From a virus, in the IMG/VR virus record IMGVR_UViG_3300025424_000009: a stretch of 64,000 nt of DNA, one strand, 5' to 3'. Position numbers and translations under genes: made by a program. The notes under the pieces were generated by a model. That model ran no database searches. It was not told where the DNA came from and saw nothing but the letters and a program-made list of their open reading frames with translations. The stretch's first letter is position 1, and every line of letters starts with the position of its first letter. Positions 45,258 through 55,873 of this stretch are shown piece after piece.

Positions 45258-46213
45258 TTATAGTAATTCTATTACTTCAGTCTTACTGTTAGCTAAAGTA
45301 GGTATTTGAGCTATGAATTGCTCATCACGGTGACCTTCCTTTTGAATAGTATAAGGTTTTAATACTTTAAAATACTCTCTCTCTACTTGTAAATAATCTA
45401 TATTAAAGCGTTCTTTCAAGCATTTACAGATACCAAAATCCATATTTGCCTCGCTTAGATGTTCCTGTATTTTCCTTAAATCATATAGACCCTTTACCAC
45501 CTCAGTATGTTCAACGTAATAAGCTAGTACTCTTTCAAATATCTCTTTCATAGTTAATTATTTTTACGTTGAACATAAGGGATACATCCCCCTTGCTTCC
45601 TTGAATAAGCTAGTCGAGCATTGGAAATAGGATCTACACAAGAAGTGTGGATACTAAACTTTTTACGACCACTTCGAGTAAGGTTAATAGGTTTGGGTGC
45701 GTCACCTTCTAAAGCTCTGTAAATGCAAGGCTTAAACGTTTCAGTTACGATTTCCTCTTTTACCTTCTGTAGTGGAATATGTCTAGGTACTAATTCTATA
45801 TTCAGTCTCTTTGCAGCCCTTTGCATATACTTAGGTAAATCACTAGGATAGATAGTTTCTACCCTATCTACTTTCTTCTTAGTGGGATCATATTGTATAT
45901 CCCCTTTACTACTTTTAGTACTACTCATTGACTTGTTTTGTAAGGCGTAGTCTAGCCTTGTCATTTGTTGATTCATAAAACTTTATTTAAAAGTTATTCA
46001 AAAATTGATTTAATAAGAAACCATATCATAGCAAAAGTAACACATAGGTTCTTGTACTACCTTAAATTCAGGGGTTATTCTATTCACCCATTCCATACTA
46101 TCTTCCCTGTTTACATTACCACAGGATGAACACTTACACTTAGGATGTCTATTATCTTTAAATCTTTCTATTATAGGTAATTCTATCTTACCTAGTATTA
46201 CAGGTGTTTCCAT
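45258..46213 (-). other. Three hypothetical ORFs (45258-45551, 45554-45976, 46010-46213 with Zn finger)
   Basis: Co-oriented ORFs; CKCSSC...CYFC in the last. Confidence 0.7.
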
Positions 46214-46426
46214 CTTATTTAATTTTAGCCTATTTAAAGCTGTTAAAAAATAAATTAATATTATCCCCTTATTACCTACCTATTACCTCAACCTTGAGGC
46301 TCTCAGGTATGATTTTAATACCTTTGTAGATAAAATATAAAAGGTTAGCTTTGCTATACTCCTCATTGAGAGGGTATAACTTTTTTGTAGGCTTAAGCAT
46401 AAAGCCTTTTTTGCTGACCTTTATTT

Positions 46427-46543
46427 TCATCGTAGGTAAGCTTTACGAGCATCACCCCAACTAAACTTAGGGCAAGTACTTCTACTTGAAGCACAACTAC
46501 ATAACAGCCCTACTAGGGCAATTAATACAATGATTTTTTTCAT
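46427..46543 (-). CDS. Small lipoprotein (38 aa)
   Basis: MKKIIVLIALVGLLCSC signal peptide II with lipobox; start moved from 46612 to 46543. Confidence 0.65.
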   Translation of the reverse strand: MKKIIVLIALVGLLCSCASSRSTCPKFSWGDARKAYLR

Positions 46544-46695
46544 AAACTTTATAATTATTTTGGGGATATACCCCATTAACAAAAAACACCTAGAAATTGT
46601 ATCTAAGTGCACACACGCCGAAAGACAAGCGTGTTAAAAACAAAGAGGCCAGGATAGACATCCAGCCTCGTCTATGTCCAAAACAAAAAAACTAA

Positions 46696-46768
46696 GGGGA
46701 GTAGGGGGATTTGAACCCCCTATAAGCCTATACATTGCATTGCTGCTTTTGTAACACTATTTACTCCC
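46696..46768 (-). ncRNA. tRNA-shaped element with intact acceptor and T arms and degenerate D/anticodon arms
   Basis: GGGAGTA/TACTCCC 7-bp stem, GGGGG-TTCAAAT-CCCCC T arm, 73 nt total. Confidence 0.55.
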
Positions 46769-47452
46769 TTTGCCTACTACTGAATATTACTTTATTGGTG
46801 GTTGCATATATGCACACTGCACCTACTGATATAGTAGTAGGACTTATTTATAGGATGTCGCACCTATTATATTGTTTTATATTGAGATGTATACAAGCTA
46901 ACAACAAACTACATACACACCTTTATAACTATGGTTCCATTAATACCTGGTTTACCCACTACTGCCCTAGTGTGGGTTCATATCCCTATAGTACACCCAG
47001 ATAAAATACATCTATACTACTCCTTTCGGGAACGGTAAATATAGAGAGGTCAACATCGTATTTTCAAAAATAATCTAATACACCTATAAAAGAAAAGTGT
47101 ATTCTTTACCTACTGTAAGGTACTTCTAACCTATTTACTTCAGTAAATGGCTTAATGTGTTCTGCCCCGACTATACCCACGTATAGTTCACATATACACA
47201 CCTCCAAATCTGTTTTCTACTATACACCCATTCAAGGGTATATGTATAGCTTATAAATACTGAATACATACCCACTATATATAATATACCCACATATCTC
47301 ATTCGGTGAATTCAATCACATTTGAACTACTTTTGCAGCCTATACTATACACATACAGTAAAAGAAAATAACTAAAAATAAAGAACATAATACACATACA
47401 TAATTTACTAATACTAAATTCAATTAGTATTTTCTATTAGGTACATAAAAAG

Positions 47453-47483
47453 AAGGTATAAAGGAAACGACTCCCTTATACCT
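47453..47483 (-). terminator. Putative terminator downstream of 47540-48235
   Basis: AAGGTATAA...TTATACCTT inverted repeat with an A run on the + side. Confidence 0.6.
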
Positions 47484-47539
47484 TTATTTTAAAGCTTCTT
47501 TAAATTATTGTAAAATTGTTTTATTTAATTACTTGTTTT

Positions 47540-48235
47540 TTAAAACTTTGTACCATCACTAATATACTTAATATTAGTAGTATTTTTTAAACGTTTTTTA
47601 AATTCAGGTAACCCACTGTTTTTAGTGGTTAACCTTTTTACTTCGCTTTTAATAGCTTTCATTTCTTGAGGTAATGTATTTAACAAAGCTATTCTAGTTT
47701 CAACAGGTAGCTTTTTAGTTTCCTCAATATTTTTGTGTGTAGTATTACAGTTAGTTATATACAAACTAAGGTTTGTATTTATACCAATTGTTATTGCTAA
47801 TTTACCTGCAATAGTTCCTACTAATTCGCCTAAATTAGCCTTACTATCACATAATGATTGTGTAATTTCTTTTAAGCTGTTTTGCATCTCAATAGTATCG
47901 TTACACTTTTCTAATGTTTTTAAGGGTATTTCGTACACAAAAATATCATTAATAGATACGATAATAAAACTGTTTTTATTGTCGTTGCTATCTTTTTTAA
48001 TATTTTTAATAGGTACATTTACCCCTCCTATTAAAACAGATACTTTGTTTTTTTCAGGACAAAGTACTTTTTTAATAGTAGTGTCTACTATTTTAAAAAT
48101 ATTACTTAAAACCTTTTCACTTTCTAATAATTCAATCTCAAAAGTATTATAAACATTAATTACACCTTTATCATTTAAGGTGTAGTTGTTTTCACTTTTA
48201 ACCACTAATTGTAACTTCAAAATATTTTTTTGCAT
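47540..48235 (-). CDS. Isolated, very AT-rich hypothetical protein
   Basis: 231 aa with AAGTT-ATG leader, flanked by long non-coding stretches. Confidence 0.65.
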   Translation of the reverse strand: MQKNILKLQLVVKSENNYTLNDKGVINVYNTFEIELLESEKVLSNIFKIVDTTIKKVLCPEKNKVSVLIGGVNVPIKNIKKDSNDNKNSFIIVSINDIFVYEIPLKTLEKCNDTIEMQNSLKEITQSLCDSKANLGELVGTIAGKLAITIGINTNLSLYITNCNTTHKNIEETKKLPVETRIALLNTLPQEMKAIKSEVKRLTTKNSGLPEFKKRLKNTTNIKYISDGTKF

Positions 48236-48516
48236 AACTTTAAATTTATAACCCTAATATATAGGGTATTGATTAATTAATAATTTTGCAATTAAATAAA
48301 ACAATTTTGTCAATAATTCAAAGAGCTTTAAAACTACATTTATACTAACTATTCATTCAAGAATAGGCAATATTTTACTATCTACCCTTACAGTCAAGTA
48401 AGGGCATTATTTAGGCTACACCCTACTTTTAGAGTACTGCCTTACTGCTTGTTTTGGTACTGTAAAGATAAGCTTTTTATAGTTACTGTACAAATGTTAT
48501 TTACTAAAACGTTATA

Positions 48517-48620
48517 GCAAAAAAAGTTAGCAAAAAATACTAAAAAAGTTAGCACTCTGGAGGACAAATTTAATTGCTAAAAAAGTTAGTAATTAATGTA
48601 ACTTGCTAAAAAAGTTAGTA
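48517..48620. repeat. Four copies of (CT)AAAAAAGTTAG
   Basis: Copies near 48518, 48540, 48577 and 48606. Confidence 0.85.
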
Positions 48621-48982
48621 CCTGGGGATCAAGCAGATATCCTCGCTAACCGCCCCTATTTTTCCCATTGGAGTATCAATATATAAATATATAACTAATA
48701 CCTTATTACCTGCTACACAGACCTTGAATACCCTTACTGCTTTACAAAAAAATTACCAACTATTTAACCTTAACCCTTTTTAAGGGTGGGTTACTTACTA
48801 TTTTTCTCGTCATGGACGTAAGCCATAATACTCCCTATACCCTTTCTAACTACTTGAATTACCTATACAACTTTTTACTTATTTTACCCTTGTATGTTTA
48901 AAAAAATTCCAGCCTAAATTTACACCTAATTACCACACTAAGGCAATACAGCCTAACCTACATTTAAAGTCAACCTTGAGCC

Positions 48983-51900
48983 TTATTTATACAAAAAATC
49001 ATTAAATTCATTCATGAGCACATCCGGTATTTGTATACCCCTTTCTTCAAATTCATACAATATTTCATACCTTGTAAAAGATCCCTCTCTGATACCTTGT
49101 ACCCATTCCTTTCTCCATAATCCCCACCCTTTTTTACCTGTTATTACTGCCTTTACAATATTTGGATGCCTGGTAATAATTTCTTTTCCCTTTGAGTATA
49201 CCCCATCATCAAATCTTCTAAAGCATTCAGTTGCTGGTATTTCGTTTGGATTACCGTATACTTCTATATTTGAACCGCAAAAGGTAATCAGACCACTTCT
49301 GTTTACAGATAGGAAGAATTCAAACATTCTATAGAAATTATCAGAGTACCTCTTTAGCTTTCTGGTATGTCTACTTCCATGTTGAGATGGAGTTATTGTT
49401 TTCTTTGCTTTCATTATTTTATCACCTTTATCAACAATAAAGCAAGGAGTATTGAGAGGATATAAAAATACAAATAGGTTAGGTCTTTCTTTATTTTCAT
49501 CGCTTATCTAAATATAGTATCTAGTTCCTCGTTTGTTATTGATTCTAATCTTTCATCTTCAAAATTAGTTAAAGCTACTACAAGAGCTTTGCCCATATCA
49601 AAATCACCCCACTCATCAAATGTAAATAGATGATTACCTCTTTGGTCGTATACCTGTACTGAATCTGAAGTTCCATTATATCTTATGTATAGGTATTCTT
49701 TTTCAGTTAAACCATAGGAACCTTGTGTATCAAATTGTATTTTTCTGTAATTACTACTCATTGTTATCTTTTTCTTGCAGCCTTAGCATTCGGGTGTAGT
49801 TCTTTATGATCCTATTAAAGAACGCTATTGCTTTTAGTTCTTCGACTGTATATTTAATCTTCTTGTTTTTCATCTAGTAGTTTATCTCTGAATTTACTAT
49901 AATCCCCTGTTAATAAAATATCTGGTACAGGTACATCTGTAATCTTATATGTACTATCATTCAGTTCTGTTATTAACCCTGGTTTATCAGGTAATAACAT
50001 ATCTACATCCCCCATTAGACGAGTATAAATGATATCTCTATAAACCTCTGATGCGGAATCAATAATTCTCTTAGCTCCAGGGTACATAGGGTCTGAATCA
50101 TAGAAACCTTCATAAAAGTCATTATAGTAGTAACTTATGTCTGATTGTGGACTACGGTACACATGTGTATTATTTGGAAAAACACGTTCCAAAGATAATA
50201 AAGGCCTGTTCATATTCTTTATTCTTTATTCTTCATCTATTTCAAATCCGTCTTCGTTATACCAATACTCACAACATGGGTATGGTCTACCCTTCTCATC
50301 TAGCTTAATCCATATGCCATCTTCTTTGGTTGTTTTGATTATTTGGTCATCTCCTGGATGTTCTACATACCTCCAGTCTTTCCCTTCCTGTCCTTCGGGT
50401 AATTCTCCATGCTCTGAGGAATACCAATTACAAGAACAACCTTCATCCTCTGGAGATGAGATACAATCATCACAGTAATACCATTCACCAGGCATATAGC
50501 TATATACAGCCATTTTACCGCATTGGCATAGTTCTTTATTCATTTATATTTTTTTATTTTTGAAGGGTGTGATAGCTTATAATCAATAGTCTGTTCATTA
50601 ATATACTCTCTATTATTTATATAACCTTTCGTGTACTTCTTTACTCGTGCGTCAAAAGATATTTTATCACCTTCATTCATTTGAATACTACTCCAAGATT
50701 TTGTTTTAGTAAACCAAATATGATCAGTTACAATTTCATTTGTGGCTAAGTTTATAACATCCTTTAAGAGGATAGTAGGTTCAGGATAGCCATGGTAGTT
50801 TTTCTTAGAACCCTCTCTGACAAATGTGGCTATAAATGATAACCTATTTTCAAACTCTTTCTTCAACCCAATTCTCATGATATATCCTCAATTAAGTATT
50901 TGGTTTTAAGCTTACGATCATTATACTCCTTTTTCCAATAATTTATTTTGTCTAGAGCCTCTTCTCTGTTATTATAATGCCAGTTATCCCATGTGGTAAA
51001 TTTAAAGAACAGAAATTGGTGCACCTTACCTGCTACGTAAGCTCTCATGTTTGTCGTGCTACTTATATAACTTTTAATTTTGTATTTCATACTGCGTCCA
51101 TGTAAGTATATGTATTCACAATACAACCTTTTTTCCAAAGGTTTATAATCTCCAGGGCTTCTTCCTTAGTATCTCTCCAAGATGATGACTTCCACTCTAA
51201 CCAGTACCATTTCTTTCTCTGTGCCTTATACAGGCTTTTGTCACCTTTATCACTTGAGTATATTTTTATCCTATACCTCATCTTCATTGTTTTTTACTTC
51301 TCCAAGAGGATCCATATAAAAGTATTTTTCCTCCTCTGTTAAGTCTACGTTTAAGTCTTTAAATCCAAGTACTTTGTAATCTTCTTCAATTACATTAATA
51401 TCTGTATATGTGCCTTCTTTTATATTAAAACATGTATTTTCTTTATACCTTGAAAAACAAGTATCACCTAGATAAGGTGATTCATCACACCACTTATAAC
51501 CTAGATCATGTGCTATTTTCAGTAATTCATTTGCTTCATCTTCTGTTTCGCAGTGAATATAAGTTTTCTCAGTTTCAAATATAGCCCTCCAGTAAGGGTT
51601 TACAACCGGCTTTACTAAGCCTTTAGTAAGCTCTACTATACTATCTACTTTTTTAGATAACTCTTCAAGCATACCTTGTGTAACATTATCTACCCAGTGG
51701 AAGTCTAAAAACACACGCATTAAGTAGCGTTTTAACCAGTTAGGCTTCTTTTCTAAATTGAATTGTGTATAGGTAGTACTACCAGTACCTAATCTGTAAC
51801 CTCCTACGTATTTAGGGGTTGTGGAAATTTGAAATGTTTGCATTTGCTAATTTTTATTTATTAAAATTCTTTTTGTATACTCTTCTTGAGACTCTATTTG

Positions 51901-52879
51901 ATAATACTTTCTCTCATCACTAGTTAAATCCCTTGCAAAGTTAAGGAATTATTTTGTAAGCACCACTTTTAAAATTTTCATGAACACTTTCATGATCCAT
52001 AAAAGTATGAGTTTTACCCCAGCCTATTTTATAGTTAACTGAATCTTTATTTATTACTGTGTATAACTCATCCTTATCATTTGTCACAAACTTAACACCT
52101 ACCAGATTATCTAAATCCAGTTTTTTAGGAGCTAAGATTTCTTCAATCTTTTCTAAATTACTATCAATTGTATCATAGGTATTTTCAAGATTAACTACTC
52201 TTTTTAGTAAATCTTCAATGAGTACATACGTATTATGTATACGGGTATTCAGTACCTTAATATCATCAGTGCTAGGAAGTTCTTGTTGAATCTGGTTTGA
52301 CTCTTTTTTATCTACTGCAACCCATAAACCCTTAGTTATAAACACCTCTACATCTTTCTCGTTAAGTGGTTTTTTAGACAATCTCTCATTTATTTCTGTG
52401 TATACGTCATATGCATCGCCCACACTTTTTAATGAGAAGATTCCCCCTTCAGGATATAATTTTAAACTGAAAGTAAACCCTTCATACTTACCTGGTTGTT
52501 CAGGTGCTTCTTCTTTTATTTCACCGGGTCTAGTAATAGTAAGGTACTCTCCTTCAGTTATTTTTTTACAACCTTCAAATACTTCTCCAAAGAAGTCTCC
52601 ATCGTACCCACCATCTGTGAACCTATTTCTATTATAACCTACAAAAGGGTAGTCCCAACTATTATCTTTGGTTAAGTCTTTTAAATCTTGTTGCACCTCC
52701 TCAAACGCTTCACAGTACCATCCTGAAGGATACTTCTCATTAACTTTTTCTATAAGATATTTTTCCCTTTCCAATACCTCTCCCTCAAAAGAGTTAAGAA
52801 CTCTTTCCACCTCTTCTCTGTGGCATTTGTATATACCTCTGTAAACATGTTCTTTAAACTCTTGTGTGAACTTATTCAT
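48983..52879 (-). other. Array of hypothetical ORFs (48983, 49504, 49854, 50226, 50540, 50875, 51087, 51271, 51941)
   Basis: Co-oriented and tightly packed; 50226-50543 is Cys-rich; 50875 and 51087 are tandem paralogs. Confidence 0.75.
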
Positions 52880-53036
52880 TATATATTATTTAAAATTTTG
52901 TAAAAAATTGACTTGATTAAGGGTCTAATAAATATTTCGTACACTATTACTAGTATTAGCAGCTTTAACATTTCTAATTGTTATTTGAGTGATTCTTGAT
53001 TTATCTATCAAGATAATATCATTATCTGGTGTTGTG

Positions 53037-54200
53037 TTGACATACTCTAACTTACTAAGAAGTAGATTCTTACTTTCAAACCTAAACTGCTTCCGAAGAA
53101 GTCTTATGTTTAGTACAGTATAACCGAATGCCCTCGGTTAATATATTGTTAGATGCTAATACATCTCTTCTATTAGTTGTATTACAGCTACTACAAGTCC
53201 ACTCCCTATCTTTAAGGGTAAGTTCTTTGTTTACTGTACCACAGGTACATAATTTAGAAGATGGGTAGAATCTACCTATCTTTTGAATTGTGGTACCGTA
53301 TTTAATAGCTACCTGTTCTAGTTTTTCTACTAGAGATGAGAATGAAAGATCACTTACCTTTCTACCCCATATCTTTTTCATAGCAGCTATGTTCAAGTCT
53401 TCTATACAAATTAGCTTATTTGCTTTACAAAGCTCATGTGCTAATTTCCATTCAAAATCAGAACGTTGGTTGCTAATGTTGATGTGGAGTCTTTGTAACT
53501 CTCTAAGAGCTTTCTTCCTATTTTTACTACCTTTCTTCTTAGAAGATAAACTTCTATTAGCTTTCTTCATCTTCTTGATGTTCTGCTTATAAAACTCTGG
53601 AGATTTAATTTCCTCTCCGTTGGAGAGAGTAAGAAAAGTTTTCAATCCAAAATCAATACCAATGTTAGCATCACCTAATCTATTGTATGATTTTAGAGTT
53701 GAGTTGCAGGTGAAGATAAAAAAGATTTCACCTAGTTTGTTTCTCTTAACAGCTACTCTTTTAACATTTTCATATTCTCTACTTTTATAAAATTTAAAAT
53801 TACCTACTTTGTTGACAGTTAGAGTATTATCTTTCAGTTTATAACCACACTGTTTAAAAACAAAAGAGTTAAAGTTCTTTGGTTTCTTAAATTTAGGTGG
53901 ATGTAAGGCTAACTTTTTAAAGAATCTTTGGTATGAGGTATCGACTCTCTCAACTATCTCTTGTACGGATTGAGCTGTTAACTCTCTCCATCTAGGATTT
54001 TTGTTTCTAAGTTTAGCTATATGCTTTTTAAGTTTATAGACATTGATGTATTTACTATATAATCTATGGTACCTCTTTTGCAAAGCAATACAATGATTCC
54101 ATATAAACGCAGCAGTGTTAATCCTGCTGTGAAGATATTTTAATTTATCATTGTTATATACTTTAAATGAGATGTTATACATTACTATTATAAATATTAA
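53037..54200 (-). mobile_element. IS200/IS605-family TnpB-only element 2 (left end approximate)
   Basis: Right end ...GAGTATGTCAA| at 53037 on the minus strand. Confidence 0.65.
53082..54182 (-). CDS. tnpB: RNA-guided endonuclease TnpB
   Basis: RuvC GIDFG, IEDL, RDVLA; CTC/CSSC Zn finger; YPSSKLC. Confidence 0.92.
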   Translation of the reverse strand: MYNISFKVYNNDKLKYLHSRINTAAFIWNHCIALQKRYHRLYSKYINVYKLKKHIAKLRNKNPRWRELTAQSVQEIVERVDTSYQRFFKKLALHPPKFKKPKNFNSFVFKQCGYKLKDNTLTVNKVGNFKFYKSREYENVKRVAVKRNKLGEIFFIFTCNSTLKSYNRLGDANIGIDFGLKTFLTLSNGEEIKSPEFYKQNIKKMKKANRSLSSKKKGSKNRKKALRELQRLHINISNQRSDFEWKLAHELCKANKLICIEDLNIAAMKKIWGRKVSDLSFSSLVEKLEQVAIKYGTTIQKIGRFYPSSKLCTCGTVNKELTLKDREWTCSSCNTTNRRDVLASNNILTEGIRLYCTKHKTSSEAV

Positions 54201-54292
54201 AAAATAATTAAACTATTTACTTTTCAAAATTAACCCCATGACTAAAGTAAAATGAGCTTTCTTTTGAAATTATTTGTAAACTTCTTCCATTT

Positions 54293-54738
54293 TTATCTGT
54301 ATTTTCTTATCACTTTAAAAATCTCATTTAAATCCGTAAACTTAAATTCACCATTAAATCTGATAGGCATAAACCCAATAGTGAAATAATGATCAGACCT
54401 AAACTTATCATCTACTGTATTGCCATTTACCTTGTCTAAGTACACCCAAGGGTAATTAGATGATAACTCTAACTTTACCCCCAGCTTCTCCATCCGGGCT
54501 ACAAAGATATCAAAATTTTTGAAAATCATACACTATAATTTGCAATTTTTAAGATTTCAGGTCCTTCACTACCTAGCACCTCAATACTTTCTATACGAAA
54601 GTACTCTCCTTCTCTATACAATTCTAACTCCTCCTTAGAAAGGAAATCAGAGTTGAACCAATCTATCTCAGGAGGAGAGGGTGGATTAGTCATAAAATCA
54701 TCTCCGAGGTCTACTACTATTTTAAGTTCTACTTTCAA
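54293..54738 (-). other. Two small hypothetical ORFs (54293-54529, 54526-54738)
   Basis: Coupled ORFs. Confidence 0.65.
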
Positions 54739-54890
54739 GGCTAATTAGTTTTAATTATTTCAAGATACTCATCTAGGTTAATCTTATGGGTATCTAATAG
54801 ATTCCTTAAATAGTGCTCGTCTATCATTTTAGACTCAAACATATCATGTAAAATTTCCGTTAATCGTAAGTCCATATTGTGTTGTTTTAT

Positions 54891-55604
54891 TTAAAATTGT
54901 AATTTTAGTTTAGGGTAATACTGAAGTATTATATCCCTCATCTTTTGTATACTTACCTCGATGTGTTGAGGCTTAGTGTCTCTATTAGACCAATCATTTA
55001 AACCTAACCAGGCTCTCTTTATGTTCTTGTAAACCACCACCTTAAAGTAGTAATCAGGCATGTAATTCTTACCAATGAATTTAGGGTGTGAGAGGCTTAT
55101 AAGGACTCCTGTAAATACATGCACACTATCATTACAGCATCCTATGCTATCTAATACAATTGCTTCACAAGCACTCCACATGTGTTCATTAAAGTACGAT
55201 GCTTGAAAAGAAGTATTACTTGCTAAAAGCATAGTTCTCTTAGCTGCATTCCTACTAAAAGACATAGGTAAGTAGGCCACCATATGGCCAATATCGACAC
55301 TACTATCCTTAGAATGGTGTTTATTCCAGTCTGAGAAGCTTTTTGAAGTGACAATCTGAAACCTAGAAGGTATAAGTGAATCTAACGTAAAATCTCCGAT
55401 TGTTTTCCTGTCAACCTTGTCTGGAGAACCTTTCTGAACCATCTTCCAATGTTCTATTGTCTGATAGTAATCAGTTATGATACTCTGACAGAATATAGTA
55501 TCAAACTTAGCTTTGTATAAACCTTCATCTAGGTTCATAGTATGCTGTGAAAATACCATTGTGCAAAATATGCACATTGCAATTGTTGTGATTAATTTTC
55601 TCAT
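54891..55604 (-). CDS. DNA/RNA non-specific endonuclease (NucA/EndA-like, betabetaalpha-Me) with N-terminal signal peptide
   Basis: DIGHM active-site motif, SNTSFQ...FN...W, VFTG and P.YYFKVV; hydrophobic MRKLITTIAMCIFCTMVFSQ leader. Confidence 0.8.
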   Translation of the reverse strand: MRKLITTIAMCIFCTMVFSQHTMNLDEGLYKAKFDTIFCQSIITDYYQTIEHWKMVQKGSPDKVDRKTIGDFTLDSLIPSRFQIVTSKSFSDWNKHHSKDSSVDIGHMVAYLPMSFSRNAAKRTMLLASNTSFQASYFNEHMWSACEAIVLDSIGCCNDSVHVFTGVLISLSHPKFIGKNYMPDYYFKVVVYKNIKRAWLGLNDWSNRDTKPQHIEVSIQKMRDIILQYYPKLKLQF

Positions 55605-55873
55605 TATTGTTCTTTTTGTTTATTTACAGCCGTTACCCATGCATGGTATAAGGCTCCGGCTATAAATGAATTAATTATTGATTCTTGATCTCCACCTTCT
55701 ACTAAATCCATATAATATTCTAAAGCCACTCTGTTAAGTGGTTCATCTACTAGTTTGTCATTTATGTATTTATACCTCTCTTCTATAAGAGATAATCTAT
55801 CTTTGGCTAATGCCTTCTCCTTAGTTAAGGTGGATTCAACACCTTTTTTCAATCTTTCTATTGCTAAACTCAT
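55604..55873 (-). CDS. Hypothetical protein
   Basis: 89 aa, coupled to the nuclease gene. Confidence 0.65.
   Translation of the reverse strand: MSLAIERLKKGVESTLTKEKALAKDRLSLIEERYKYINDKLVDEPLNRVALEYYMDLVEGGDQESIINSFIAGALYHAWVTAVNKQKEQ

Noticed and set aside
46735-47004. 89-aa + strand ORF
   Set aside because: Atypical composition, overlaps the tRNA-shaped element and lies in the non-coding zone
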